This document shows positions 1 to 12,900 of a DNA stretch of 64,000 nucleotides, in pieces; positions within the stretch are counted from its first letter, which is position 1; the number at the start of each line of letters is the position of its first letter. The notes beneath the pieces were generated by a model. The model saw only the letters and a list, made by a program, of their open reading frames with translations, did not search any database and was not told where the DNA came from. The translations under genes were made by a program, and so were the position numbers. Source of the DNA: Nemertoderma westbladi (taxonomy: Eukaryota; Animalia; Xenacoelomorpha); NCBI GenBank assembly GCA_032718475.1, contig JAUCBJ010004179.1, positions 1 through 64,000 on the forward strand, written 5' to 3'.

Positions 1-128
1 AAATACTAAAAATACTGTAGTTCAAATACTAAAAATACTGTAGTTCAAATACTAAAAATACTGTAGTTCAAATACTAAAAATACTGTAGTTCAAATACTA
101 AAAATACTGTAGTTCAAATACTAAATAT
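1..128. repeat. 23-bp minisatellite (AAATACTAAAAATACTGTAGTTC), about 5 copies, runs off the window start
   Basis: Exact tandem copies visible. Confidence 0.9.
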
Positions 129-1068
129 ACAGTCAGATACTCATGTAGGTGAGTGCAATCGAGAAAATTAAGATACTAGGAAAGAGTTGATACTTATTGG
201 GATATTGTTTGAGAGTGGGGTGCATCAAAATAAATATAGGTATAGGATGGCGATAAGCGCGCTAAGGTTACTAGCTGAAAATGGGCATAACATACAGTAT
301 GTGTGTGGTGGTCCAAAGAAGGACAATATAAATAAACTAACAAATATGAGGTATGAATTAGGTTGTCAGATAAAGTTAGCACCATAGGTTGAATTTGAAT
401 AAGTTTGAAAGCCGGCTAAAATAGTTTATAAAATTATAATTGGTGAGTGCAACTATAAAAATAATTAAGAGAATATTAGCACCAAAAAGGTTAAAAAATC
501 TAACGGGGGTTTATTATACTAAAATGAACATTGTAATGGAGTTTATAAAATTATTAATGGTGAGTACAATTATTGAAATAATTAAGAGAAATATTAAGCA
601 CCAAAAAGGTTCAAAAGATCTAACGGGGGTTTATTATACTAAAATGAACATTAGTAATGAACTGAATTATCATAAGGCGGATAATTAAAATGGGCGTGCT
701 GCTGGCGGATATAGACTTGGTGTAGGCGGGATTGTTAAAATAGTTCGGTTGCCGGGGAGATACAGTAGAGAGTAGAGAGGTTTGGTAAAATTCACAGCAG
801 AAAGGGATCAATTGCTGTAAAAATAATTCCTGATACACGGCTACTGTAGGTGCGAACAATGTGTCAGCGGGTTCGAGGAAATTAAATTAATTAGAATAAA
901 ATAAATTGGAATATCAGAAAACGTTAGCTCCTAAAGGGATAGGGGGGGGGGGGGTGGCTTAAATCGAAAAATGTGCTAAGCGTGACGCCAAAAAAGGGGA
1001 ATAGTAATATATTTAATAAACAAAAAAAAGGGGGGAAAAAAGTCTATACAGTACAGGCAGAGTTAGGG

Positions 1069-3039
1069 TTACATTGCTGGTGTGATTTTGTTGAGGGGAG
1101 GACGGTGGAGGTTGATCAGAACGGACTCGGAATTAATTCGGCGGTTGTGGTTCCGGAATTGTTTGAAACAGGTGATATGGAGGTCATGCAGGGGGCAGTC
1201 GGTAAAGTGTTGCAAAAGGAGTACTTCGGGGTCAGTTGTGTCGATACCTTTTCTAGCGTCGCGGATTGCGGCCCGGTGAGCATTTAGTCTCTTATGTAAA
1301 AATTGTTCGGTCTGGCCTAGATACCACTGCTCGGGATGAGATTGACACGCGATAAAATAAAGAATATTATGGGATTTGCAATTAAACTGACCGGTAATAC
1401 GTTCGCCCCATGGGGTGGTTGGGGGGTTGGTTATTGCTTTGCAGCATAAGCATCGGGAGATGTGGCAGGGCTGGTTACCGGTGTTACATTGGGGTTGCTT
1501 TTTGCGGATGAGGATTTGTCCGAGGTTCGGCAGGTTGCGGGGAACGGTGATGACGCGGATAAGATTTTCGTTAAGAAATTTTTTGTGTCTCGTAACCGTG
1601 GCGGAAAGCATTTTGATGAAATGGGGTGTGGTCGCGAGGTATATCGGCGGGTGTGTATGTGTTTGGGGGAGGGCGGTTGGGGGGTTGCATGGTAGTCGGG
1701 GGTCGGGTTCCCATGCGTAGAGGCCTAACAGGAAGTTGAGGGGGTAACCTCTGTGTTTGCACAGTTCCAAATATGTATGTCTGGCGAGATTGAAGTGGTG
1801 GTCGTTGTCGGTTAAGCGGCGGTATCTGAGGATTTCGGCTTTAACTACAGCTAAAAGTGCGGGTTTGTAGTGAGAACTGGAATATAAAATAGGGAGCTTA
1901 TTGGAAGTTGGTTTCTTAAAGAGTTTCGTTAGGAGGGTGTTGTTGTGACGGTAGATGGTGATATCCAGGTAGTTCATTTGGGTGTTGGAAAATTCGGTGG
2001 TGAATTGTATATCGTTGGAATTATAGAGTTGCTGGCACGCTGAGTTTAAGTTGTGGGTAAGGGTGTCGGTTTGTTGGGTAGTAAGTTGTTGGTCATAGAT
2101 TAAAAGACTATCGTCAACTAGGGTTCGGAAAAAGGTGTGCGAAAATAAAGTAATGTGGAGAGCTCTCCGTATGACTTTAGATGCGGTTAACACAGCGTAG
2201 TCACCACTGTGGGAACCGCCCATGGGGGCCCCCGCGATTTGTAAATAAAACTTGTTGTCGAACTGAAAGTAATTATGAAACAATAGAAATCTAAGTATAA
2301 GGCACAGTTGGTGTGGCGTGTAGTTGGATCTGTAGGGAAGGGTGGGGTCTTCTGTGAGTGACTCCATAGTTGCCTGGATACCTATTTCGTGCGGTATGGC
2401 TGTAAACATGTCTATAACGTCGACAGCGACTAGGGTGCATCCGGACTGTGCGACATTTGTGGGTAGATCGGGTTTTAACTGGAGGGAACCTTTCAGATGG
2501 TTGGCGGCGGTATTGACGAGGGGGTTCAAGTAGTAGTGCATGAGCTTGGAAAGCGGAGTAAAAAAGGCGTCAGTATTAGCGATGATAGGGCGACCTTTGG
2601 GAAAGAGTTTTCCATTGGGGTGGGTTACCCAATTATCATGCGGTTTGTGATCCTTAAGCGTTATGAAAACGTGTCCGACCGTGAAGGTGTTGGGGAACAA
2701 ATAGGTTCTCAGTTCTGAATTGGAGACCGCGAGTTCATCAAGAAGGGCCCGACATTTAACCCTGAAGCGGGCAGTCGGGTCTTTATTTAAACATTCGTAA
2801 GTGGAGGTGTCGCTGATGAGGCGCCGAATTTCGTAGTCCTTGTCGGTAGAATCTAAAACAATGATGTTCCCTGTTTTGTCACCTTTTAGGTAGGTAACAT
2901 CCTTGAGTTTGCGTAACGATAGGAGGGCCTGCTGTTGTAGTCGATCAAGGTTGGGTGGGTGGGTGGACAGATTCTCCACCCCCGGAGTATACCTGAATTT
3001 AATTATGCTTACGCCACGCTCGACGTCAACCAGAAACAT
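1069..3039 (-). mobile_element. Penelope-like retroelement ORF (RT + GIY-YIG endonuclease), probably 5' truncated
   Basis: 656-aa ORF with PLE RT motifs (KGDKTG, KDHK, RPII, DVIDMFTAIP, GAPMG, LVDD, YLDITI, FKKPT) followed by a Cys motif and a GIY-YIG-like segment (NILYFIAC...WYLGQT...KRLNAH). Confidence 0.9.
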
Positions 3040-3412
3040 TAAACATTCCCATTCATTATAGTATATATACTAAAGATTATAAACTCGAGCGTTTCTCTCA
3101 GGAAACAGTCAAAAGGAAGAGAAGCGTGACCAGTAATGCCCTGGGTGCTGTGCGAATGTATTTTTTATGTTTGTTTATGTGTATCTATCTATATGTGCTA
3201 ACATAAAAATAGCATTAGTACTGAAATTTTATTTGTTATATAGTTTCTATTTATAAAATGTATATATGAATGTGAGGCGTATATTATCCACATGGATAGT
3301 GATGGTGAAACTCTCACAAAGTCCAATAATTATTGATTATTAATGAGGATACATATTTAAATAATTAATTAATCTGGATCCCGTAAGTGATATGCCAGGC
3401 GTAGTGGTGTTG

Positions 3413-3604
3413 TCAACTGTGGCATGGATGTACAACATATTGCATGAGAAACGTCTGATGCAGACTCTTTGTGCAAAACTTGCATATACATCCGCTATCC
3501 GGCCGCCAGCAGTTCTTATTACATAACTTATGGTGGAAACCGTTTGATATAAACTGTGATGCCAAACAGCGACGTTGTTTTGAGAGGTAGCGTATATTTA
3601 TCAC
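3413..3604 (-). mobile_element. Degenerate non-LTR retrotransposon ORF2 C-terminal fragment (NGFHHKLC...CICKFC)
   Basis: Same His/Cys motif as the LINE tails at 17261-17970 and 24684-25244. Confidence 0.6.
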
Positions 3605-4217
3605 CGCAGATGCCGGATTGTCAACTGCCTCCAGTATTCTCGTGTTTGAAGCAAACTTACTGCTTCAAACACGAGAATACTGGAGGCATATATAATATTA
3701 TTATAGACACTCTTTACAGGATTAATTATGATTTTGATATACAATTACGGTAATTATATTTTGGTTTCAAGTATTACAGTTATGTATGACAGTTATGAAA
3801 GCCCATGAAGACCCATAAGTCCATGTAGCAAGCAGTCTCGCAATGCGATCCCCAATGGTTAATGCTCTGCAGCAGCAGTGCGCGTAACTATGGTTATAGC
3901 TGACAAAAATCATCAAATAATTAAACTTTTTGCTTTTTTTTTTAAAACACTAGCTGTCGAAAATTTGAACACCCATCAATCACAAACATTTGCACACTAA
4001 ATCACCAAAAAATTTCAAAAATGCAGATACATTTGAGGATACAAACTATAAATAAATCCATCTTTTACGCAGCCATGTTCAATTTACTTTTTCCTGGTGG
4101 AAATAATTATCGAAAATATTTTTGGTGGAATTTCTTAAATTTTATTACACGTGTTGAAAGAGCAACGAAATAGGATATGGTTGATCGTAATGTGAGCAAA
4201 ATGGTTCTAGGATAGTT

Positions 4218-4286
4218 GCCCCCCGGACAGTAGGCCCCCGGACAGTATCCCCCCGGACAGTAGCCCCCCGGACAGTAGCCCCCCGA
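4218..4286. repeat. Four short tandem CCCCCGGACAGTAG-type units, possibly subterminal repeats of a MITE
   Basis: Direct repeats visible; opposite end of an element not found. Confidence 0.5.
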
Positions 4287-5615
4287 ACGAATTTGTGCTT
4301 TTTAGTGTTTTTGATATTGGTAAATGTTCTAGAACCTTAGTAAATATTTTTTTATGGTAACTAGTGTTTTTTTAATAGCTAGTATTTTTTGAAAATAAAA
4401 TAACTATTTCTTTTACAAAAATAATGTACTACTAAGTACTAAGTAAAAATGATTTGTTTTTGAAGAAGATGTTGTTTTCTTTTAAAAATTCACTTTTTCT
4501 CCGCAAAAATGCGGACAAAAACGACATTTTGCCCAAAATCAACCCACATTTAGAATATTCTAATATTAATTATGAATAATACTAAATACAATTATTGGAA
4601 GTTGAAGGCACATTGAGCACACCAGTAGGTACCATTTAATATTTCTTTAAAATATTCCCTTTTGAATTGTAAGTAACAAAGTTATCGCAAATTTGATGTC
4701 AATTCTGCGCCATTGTGTAATTAAATAATAGTTACTATTAATTAGCTATAATGTGTTATTGATGGTGATATTCCAGAACGTTAATCAAATATTCTTACCA
4801 AAAATTTGATTAAACTACAGTAGCTACTTGTTCAAAAGATCCTACAACTAAACATTTTAATGCTAAATTTATTAATAATTACCATCGTAATTACTGTTCT
4901 AGAATAAATAATGCGAAATCAACAGAAAAATCTTCTCGATCGTTGATTGGATAATTACTTTTTTGTCCGCATATGCGGACAAAAAAGTCTCATGTCCGCA
5001 TTTTTTGATGATAAAAAAGTGATTTTTTAAAAGAAAAAATATTGTTTTTGTGTGTTTTTTTAATATTGGTCAATGTTCTAGAACCTTAGTACCGGTAGGC
5101 CTATATTTTATTTTTTATTTTATTTATGTTCTAGAATAGTATATAATACTTATCTATTGTTCTAGAACTCTTCAATGTTGCCATAGTAATAATGGCATGT
5201 GTTTTAACAATGCAGTTCTATACGGAACTCTAGCCTTATTTACACCTAATTCCTAGAGATTTTCACTTATAACTAACTATGTTGTTAAATTTTGTATATT
5301 GTGTTGGTTGGACGGCTGTCTCTACTAACACGATCTTTCAATAATTAATTTTTGGCTGTAACTTGCCACAGTGTTGTTTTACAGTTTTTTTTTCCTTTAT
5401 AATTTAGATCCTCAAGTTAGCAATCAACTGTTGATGTTTCATTTTTTGAACGTCTTGGACGCCTGCCTACCTAATGGAAGAAAATTTAATAGAAATCAAA
5501 TATCAAATATAAATCAAATATAAATCGTTGAATATAACAGATAATTATTATCTTCCATTAGTTTAATTTAATTTATTAGTATCATTTATTACAGTATAAA
5601 TATTCAGATAACATC

Positions 5616-7760
5616 ATGGGGATGTGTCTGTCTTTATTATTCCACTCCGGAGATCCAACTAAAATTAAAGTTATATTTTTGAGATTGGAGCAAGATACAA
5701 CTCACCCGAATTACCAACCTTGGGACATACCCGAGTTAGTTGTAACCCTAACACTTCGGTGGAGGCATAAAGGTACCGAGAAGACAGTAATTTATTGTAG
5801 CACGGAGGGATTAGAAGGATTCTCCTTTAGTTCCAAATATCGAAATGTTTCCGGAGATATTGAGATTAAAAACTCCTCAGGCGAGGTTGTCGATAGCACT
5901 AAAGGATGGTTACTGAATCACTTGGCTAATCGATGTAAAAATAATCTTAAAAAGGTGAACAATACCCAAACTGTTGTCAATTTAACACAGAGTAAAATAC
6001 ATCTTTTTGTTCGGCTCTGTGGGAATTTATACAGGAGACGCGGTGCTGTTAAGCGTGCGAACGAGTTCCTCCATTTGGGCCACCCGTTCGTTCCTCGTTT
6101 CTTCGGTCAGCCGACTTTCTGCGCTCATTGCCACGAGTTTATCTGGGGTCTGATGGACATGGGCTACGAATGCCGCGCATGTGGCATGGCGACACACCGC
6201 GTCTGTATTGAACTCGTTATGGGGGCTTGTCGCATTGACACGGAAGGTGGCGTCACTGATCTAATGAAACTAATAGAGAAGCATATCAAGGGAGTTGGTA
6301 AGCCACATGTCTTTCTGTGGAAGAATTTTACTTCGCCAACATTTTGCGACCATTGCGGTTCGCTGCTCTGGGGTATTTTCCTCCAGGGCCTTAAGTGTCG
6401 TCATTGCGCCTCTTGCGTTCACGATGAGTGTCGGGAAAAGATTCCTGATTTGTGTGGAGTAAAACATTCAAAACTGCAGGCCATTATGGAAGAAATCCGG
6501 GAACATCAATTGCCTGGTGAGGTTCAAATTCCGGTTGAGGAAGCCCAATCGTTAGTAGAGTATAAGGAACCTCAGTTTAAAGATATTGATACTGAAAGTT
6601 CGTCTGCACCACCGGTTGATGCGGACATTGAACTCAAACCGTCAGCAATTTCCTTTCAAGACGTTTCCTCTGGCTCTTTACTTTACCACACATGTTCTTC
6701 TCGTGTAGCGTCTGCAGCATCTCAACCTGAAATAAGCGAGACAACATACAATATGAAAAACTTTACGTTGTTGAAGAGACTGGGACAGGGAAGTTTCGCT
6801 AAAGTTTATTTGGTTCAGTATAAACCCTCGAGACAATTATACGCCCTGAAGGTTATGAGAAAGACGTCTGTTATCCAAGGAGATGATGTTTCTTATGTTA
6901 TGGGAGAGAAAAACATTCTATTTGTCGCCAATATGTTCCACTACTTGTGCCATATGTTGGCAACTTTTCAGACACCTTCTCGCTTATTTTTTGTACTAGA
7001 ATTTATCAACGGGGGCGACGTGACTTTTCATTTAAATAAATGCGAGAGATTTAGCGAACCGCAAGCTCGTTTCTTTGCTGCCGAAATTATTTTGGCGGTG
7101 GAATACCTTCATAGTAGAAAAATAGTTCACAGGGATTTAAAGCTGGACAACATTCTTCTAGACCACGACGGCCATTGTAAAGTTGCGGATTTTGGATTGT
7201 CCCATGAGATGATTTCTATGCAAAGTAAAGCTCGAACGTACTGTGGAACTGTGCCATATATGGCTCCAGAGGTTCTAGAAGGAAAGCCCTACACCTACTC
7301 TGTGGATTGGTGGAGCTTCGCTGTACTTTTGTACGAAATGTTAGTGGGTGAATGCCCATTCTCAGGTAACTGCGATATGAATATAGTTGGTGTTATTACC
7401 AGTGAGTCACACTTCCCTTTCTACCCGAGCTACCTCACTGAGGATTGCGTACAATTTCTCAAGCATCTCTTCGTTAGAAACCCCTCTCAGCGTCTCGGTT
7501 GTCATGGGAAGGGAATATTGACTATGAAACAGAATCCTTTCTTCGACTATATCGACTGGAGTAAACTCAGTAATCGTGAATCACCACCTCCGGTAGTCAT
7601 GGTATCAAGGACATGTAAAGCCATAGATAACTTTGTGGGAGGGACAGTTGTGTCGCGCGGTAGACCAGCATTATCTCGCATTGGACGAGAAGAAATAACG
7701 ACTATTGAGCAAGGAGCATTCAATGGATTCGATGTTTCTTGTGAACCATCGGCGAGTTGA
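5616..7760 (+). CDS. Intronless novel protein kinase C (delta/theta-like), divergent, likely a retrocopy
   Basis: 714-aa ORF: pseudosubstrate RRRGAVKR, two C1 domains (H...CAHC...CRAC...H..C; H...CDHC...CRHC...H..C), intact AGC kinase motifs (GQGSFAKV, ALKV, HRDLKLDN, DFG, TYCGT..YMAPE, DWWS), C-tail FNGFD. Confidence 0.9.
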   Translation: MGMCLSLLFHSGDPTKIKVIFLRLEQDTTHPNYQPWDIPELVVTLTLRWRHKGTEKTVIYCSTEGLEGFSFSSKYRNVSGDIEIKNSSGEVVDSTKGWLLNHLANRCKNNLKKVNNTQTVVNLTQSKIHLFVRLCGNLYRRRGAVKRANEFLHLGHPFVPRFFGQPTFCAHCHEFIWGLMDMGYECRACGMATHRVCIELVMGACRIDTEGGVTDLMKLIEKHIKGVGKPHVFLWKNFTSPTFCDHCGSLLWGIFLQGLKCRHCASCVHDECREKIPDLCGVKHSKLQAIMEEIREHQLPGEVQIPVEEAQSLVEYKEPQFKDIDTESSSAPPVDADIELKPSAISFQDVSSGSLLYHTCSSRVASAASQPEISETTYNMKNFTLLKRLGQGSFAKVYLVQYKPSRQLYALKVMRKTSVIQGDDVSYVMGEKNILFVANMFHYLCHMLATFQTPSRLFFVLEFINGGDVTFHLNKCERFSEPQARFFAAEIILAVEYLHSRKIVHRDLKLDNILLDHDGHCKVADFGLSHEMISMQSKARTYCGTVPYMAPEVLEGKPYTYSVDWWSFAVLLYEMLVGECPFSGNCDMNIVGVITSESHFPFYPSYLTEDCVQFLKHLFVRNPSQRLGCHGKGILTMKQNPFFDYIDWSKLSNRESPPPVVMVSRTCKAIDNFVGGTVVSRGRPALSRIGREEITTIEQGAFNGFDVSCEPSAS

Positions 7761-8175
7761 TTTAGACAGTCGCTGTACATTTGACGGATGCTGTAATAAT
7801 ATAGGCCCACCAATTTTGTTGTCTATTGTTGTTGTTTTATTTCTATTAGTTTTACAATTACTGTTTTACAGGTTCAGCAATACATTTTTTGTCCTAAATT
7901 TTAACATTTTCAAACTAATTGATTTTTCTCAGAGTCTCGAGTTTTTATGCATCTCCTTAGTTTTGATCAATTATAGTGCTACATTAGCTTTGGCGCATCT
8001 GTCCTCGAACTGTGGGTTTTTAAGACAAACGGTCATCAAAGCTGATCGACTAAGTGAGTCACCCTCGCCATGACAACCCCTCAAAAAGGAAAAAAGGGCG
8101 GGATAATTAGATTCTTGATCCGTAGTCACTACCATCCGCAAAACTATAATCCGCAGTTGTAATTTCGCTTCTTAA

Positions 8176-8548
8176 GGCCCGTGCTCCACTGGTAAGTCGT
8201 ATGTCATAAGTCGAAATAAATTATGTAACACATTGGTTTCAATGGGAACGTTTCCACTGGTATGTCATAAGTCATTTGTTACGACCCATGGGTCGAAACG
8301 TCCCATGTTCCATTTTTGACATACGACACATGGGTTCTTTCTGGCAAGAGGCCTGTAAACTTTGGGTAGCAGCAAGCAATTAAATGCTCAAGTGTTCCAT
8401 TAAATATGAGACGCATCTTATATTTTTTAAGAAAAGACTTATGACTTACCAGTGGAGCACGGGAGCTATACTTTTGACATAGGGACTCAGACAAAATCTG
8501 AAAACGACTATGACATACGACCCATGTGTTGCCAGTGGAGCACGGGCC
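8176..8548. mobile_element. PIF/Harbinger (Tourist-like) MITE
   Basis: 17-bp TIR GGCCCGTGCTCCACTGG / CCAGTGGAGCACGGGCC with TAA duplicated on both sides. Confidence 0.85.
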
Positions 8549-8661
8549 TAATACGGAGAATACCAAACATTTCTGCCTTAGTTAATAATTACGTCATAAG
8601 GATTGATAAGCTCATTGGCCAATAAATTATTCTTTGTCAATAAAAATAAATTTTTCTTTAG

Positions 8662-8818
8662 ATGCTATAATGGCGGTGTATGCAACCCATTTGATGGGAG
8701 TTGTAATTGCAAACCCGGTTTTATTGGACCCAAATGTGCAGATGAATGTCCACCAGGTACCTACGGAGACCGCTGTGCTTCTACCTGTAGATGTGTCCTC
8801 CACAGTGCGTGCAATAAG
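8662..8818 (+). CDS. Multiple-EGF-repeat gene (MEGF6/MEGF10/11/Draper-like), internal exon 1 of window
   Basis: tttag acceptor, CYNGGVCNPFDGSCNCKPGFIGPKCADEC...HSACNK, AAG|GTAAAT donor; phase 2 to 0. Confidence 0.9.
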
Positions 8819-9375
8819 GTAAATATGTCATTCACAGTGCGTGCAATAAGGTAAATATGCCATTCACAGTGCGTGCAATAAGGTAAATATGTCCTTCACA
8901 GTGCTTGCAATAAGGTAAATATGTCCTTCACAGTTCGTACAATAACGTAAATATGTCATTCACAGTGCGTGCAATAATGTAAATATGTCCTTCACAGTGC
9001 TTGCAATAAGGTAAATATGTCCTTCACAGTTCGTGCAATAACGTAAATATGTCATTCACAGTGCGTGCAATAACGTAATTATGTCCTTCACAGTGCGTGC
9101 AATAAGGTAAATATATTCTGCACGTGGTTGTGATAATGTAAATATGTCCTTCACAGTGCTTGCAACAAGGCAAATATGTATTCCACAGTGCGTGCAATAA
9201 GGTAAATATGTTCTTCGCAGTGCGTGCAATGAGGTAAATATTTATTTACAGTGGGTGCAATAAGGTAAATATATTCTCCAGTCTCCACGTTGGTTGTGAT
9301 AATGTAAATATGTCCTTCACAGTGCTTGCAATAAGGTAAATATGTCCTACACAGTGCGTGCAATAAAGTAAGTAT
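8793..9375 (+). repeat. 32-bp array made from the exon 3' end plus donor (ATGTCCTTCACAGTGCGTGCAATAAG|GTAAAT), about 18 diverged copies
   Basis: First unit is the coding exon end; later copies carry many substitutions. Confidence 0.9.
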
Positions 9376-9840
9376 ATCTATCCTACACGTTGTTTGCAAT
9401 ATATCCCGCGTATATCCTGCGAAATCCCCCACAAAATCATGATTGTCCCAATGTAATGGAATATAGTGCCTAAATTCGTGATTGGTGACGATGGAAAGGT
9501 GACAACGTGTCAAAGAAATACTCAGAATGCGTGGTGGGTGTGTTTGTGTGGGGTGGGGGGGGGGGGGGGGGGGGGGGGCTCTTTCCCTTAATTAATCATT
9601 TTTTAACTTTGGTAATTCGCTGAGACAAGAAGATATTAATTCGCCGAGATGGCAATGGTGATGGTGAATATTTATTTTATACCGTAGTCAGTTGAAATTA
9701 AAAGCAACACAGACATTCTAGAATTTCAATTCGCGTTGACTTTTATTTCACAATTCATATCAGAGAGCGCTGAGATGTATGCTAACGTTGTTATAACTAT
9801 TATGTACATGTACTATACTCTTTATTTTATTGTATCCTAG

Positions 9841-9968
9841 GTAACTGGGGAGTGCACCTGTGCATCTGGATGGAAGGGAAGCCAATGTGAGGAGCGATGC
9901 GATACTGGATTCTGGGGTGTTGGGTGTCGACAGATATGTCCCTGTTCTAATAACGCACCCTGCAATGT
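9841..9968 (+). CDS. Multiple-EGF-repeat gene, exon 2
   Basis: cctag acceptor, VTGECTCASGWKGSQCEERCDTGFWGVGCRQICPCSNNAPCN, GT|GTTAGT donor; phase 0 to 2 matches both neighbours. Confidence 0.9.
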
Positions 9969-12900
9969 GTTAGTACCATACATATATGCCCCTGTTCCAA
10001 CAACGCACCCTGCAATGTGTTAGTACCATACAGATATGCCCCTGTTCCAACAACGCACCCTGCAATGTGTTAGTACCATACAGATATGTCCCTGTTCCAA
10101 CAACGCACCCTGCAATGTGTTAGTACCATACAGATATGTCCCTGTTCCAATAATGCACCCTGCAATGTGTTAGTACCATACAGATATGCCCCTGTTCCAA
10201 TAACGCACCCTGCAATGTGTTAGTACCATACAGATATGTCCCTGTTCCAACAACGCACCCTGCAATGTGTTAGTACCATACAGATATGCCCCTGTTCCAA
10301 CAACGCACCCTGCAATGTGTTAGTACCATACAGATATGCCCCTGTTCCAACAACGCACCCTGCAATGTGTTAGTACCATACAGATATGTCCCTGTTCCAA
10401 CAACGCACCCTGCAATGTGTTAGTACCATACAGATATGCCCCTGTTCCAATAACGCACCCTGCAATGTGTTAGTAACATACAGATATGTCCCTGTCCCAA
10501 CAACGCACCCTGCAATGTGTTAGTACCATACAGATATGTCCCTGTTCCAATAACGCACCCTGCAATGTGTTAGTACCATACAGATATGCCCCTGTTCCAA
10601 CAACGCACCCTGCAATGTGTTAGTACCATACAGATATGTCCCTGTTCCAACAACGCACCCTGCAATGTGTTAGTACCATACAGATATGCCCCTGTTCCAA
10701 CAACGCACCCTGCAATGTGTTAGTACCATACAGATATGCCCCTGTTCCAACAACGCACCCTGCAATGTGTTAGTACCATACAGATATGTCCCTGTTCCAA
10801 CAACGCACCCTGCAATGTGTTAGTACCATACAGATATGTCCCTGTTCCAATAATGCACCCTGCAATGTGTTAGTACCATACAGATATGCCCCTGTTCCAA
10901 TAACGCACCCTGCAATGTGTTAGTACCATACAGATATGTCCCTGTTCCAACAACGCACCCTGCAATGTGTTAGTACCATACAGATATGTCCCTGTTCCAA
11001 TAACGCACCCTGCAATGTGTTAGTACCATACAGATATGTCCCTGTTCCAACAACGCACCCTGCAGAGTGTTAGTACCATACAGATATGTCTCTGTTCCAA
11101 CAACGCACCCTGCAGAGTGTTAGTACCATACAGATATGTCCCTGTTCCAACAACGCACCCTGCAATGTGTTAGTACCATACAGATATGTCCCTGTTCCAT
11201 ACAGATATGTCCCTGTTCCAATAACGAACCCTGCAATGTGTTAGTACCATACAGATATGTCCCTGTTCCATACAGATATGTCCCTGTTCCAACAACGCAC
11301 CCTGCAGAGTGTTAGTACCATACAGATATGTCCCTGTTCCAACAACGCACCCTGCAGAGTGTTAGTACCATACAGATATGTCCCTGTTCCAACAACGCAC
11401 CCTGCAATGTGTTAGTACCATACAGATATGTCCCTGTTCCATACAGATATGTCCCTGTTCCAATAACGAACCCTGCAATGTGTTAGTACCATACAGATAT
11501 GTCCCTGTTCCATACAGATATGTCCCTGTTCCAACAACGCACCCTGCAATGTGTTAGTACCATACAGATATGTCCCTGTTCCAATAACGAACCCTGCAAT
11601 GTGTTAGTACCATACAGATATGTCCCTGGTTAGTACCATACAGATATGTCCCTGTTCCATACAGATATGTCCCTGTTCCAATAACGCACCCTGCAATGTG
11701 TTAGTACCATACAGATATGTCCCTGTTCCAATAACGCACCCTGCAATGTGTTAGTTAGTACCATACATATATGTCCCTGTTCCAACAACGCACCCTGCAG
11801 AGTGTTAGTACCATACAGATATGTCCCTGTTCCAACAACGCACCCTGCAATGTGTTAGTACCATACAGATATGTCCCTGTTCCAATAACGCACCCTGCAG
11901 AGTGTTAGTACCATACAGATATGTCCCTGTTCCAACAACGCACCCTGCAGAGTGTTAGTACCATACAGATATGTCCCTGTTCCAATAACGCACCCTGCAA
12001 TGTGTTAGTACCATACAGATATGTCCCTGTTCCAACAACGCACCCTGCAATGTGTTAGTACCATACAGATATGTCCCTGTTCCAATAACGCACCCTGCAG
12101 AGTGTTAGTACCATACAGATATGTCCCTGTTCTAACAACGCACCCTGCAGAGTGTTAGTACCATACAGATATGTCCCTGTTCCAATAACGCACCCTGCAA
12201 TGTGTTAGTACCATACAGATATGTCCCTGTTCCAACAACGCACCCTGCAGAGTGTTAGTACCATACAGATATGTCCCTGTTCCAACAACGCACCCTGCAA
12301 TGTGTTAGTACCATACAGATATGTCCCTGTTCCAACAACGCACCCTGCTATGTGTTAGTACCATACAGATATGTCCCTGTTCCAACAACGCACCCTGCAG
12401 AGTGTTAGTACCATACATATATGTCCATGTTCCAATAACGCACCCTGCAGAGTGTTAGTACCATACAGATATGTCCCTGTTCCAACAACGCACCCTGCAG
12501 AGTGTTAGTACCATACAGATATGTCCCTGTTCCAATAACGCACCCTGCAATGTGTTAGTACCATACAGATATGTCCCTGTTCCAACAACGCACCCTGCAG
12601 AGTGTTAGTACCATACAGATATGTCCCTGTTCCAACAACGCACCCTGCAATGTGTTAGTACCATACAGATATGTCCCTGTTCCAATAACGCACCCTGCAG
12701 AGTGTTAGTACCATACAGATATGTCCCTGTTCCAACAACGCACCCTGCAGATGTGTTAGTACCATACAGATATGTCCCTGTTCCAATAACGCACCCTGCA
12801 ATGTGTTAGTACCATACAGATATGTCCCTGTTCCAACAACGCACCCTGCAGAGTGTTAGTACCATACAGATATGTCCCTGTTCCAACAACGCACCCTGCA

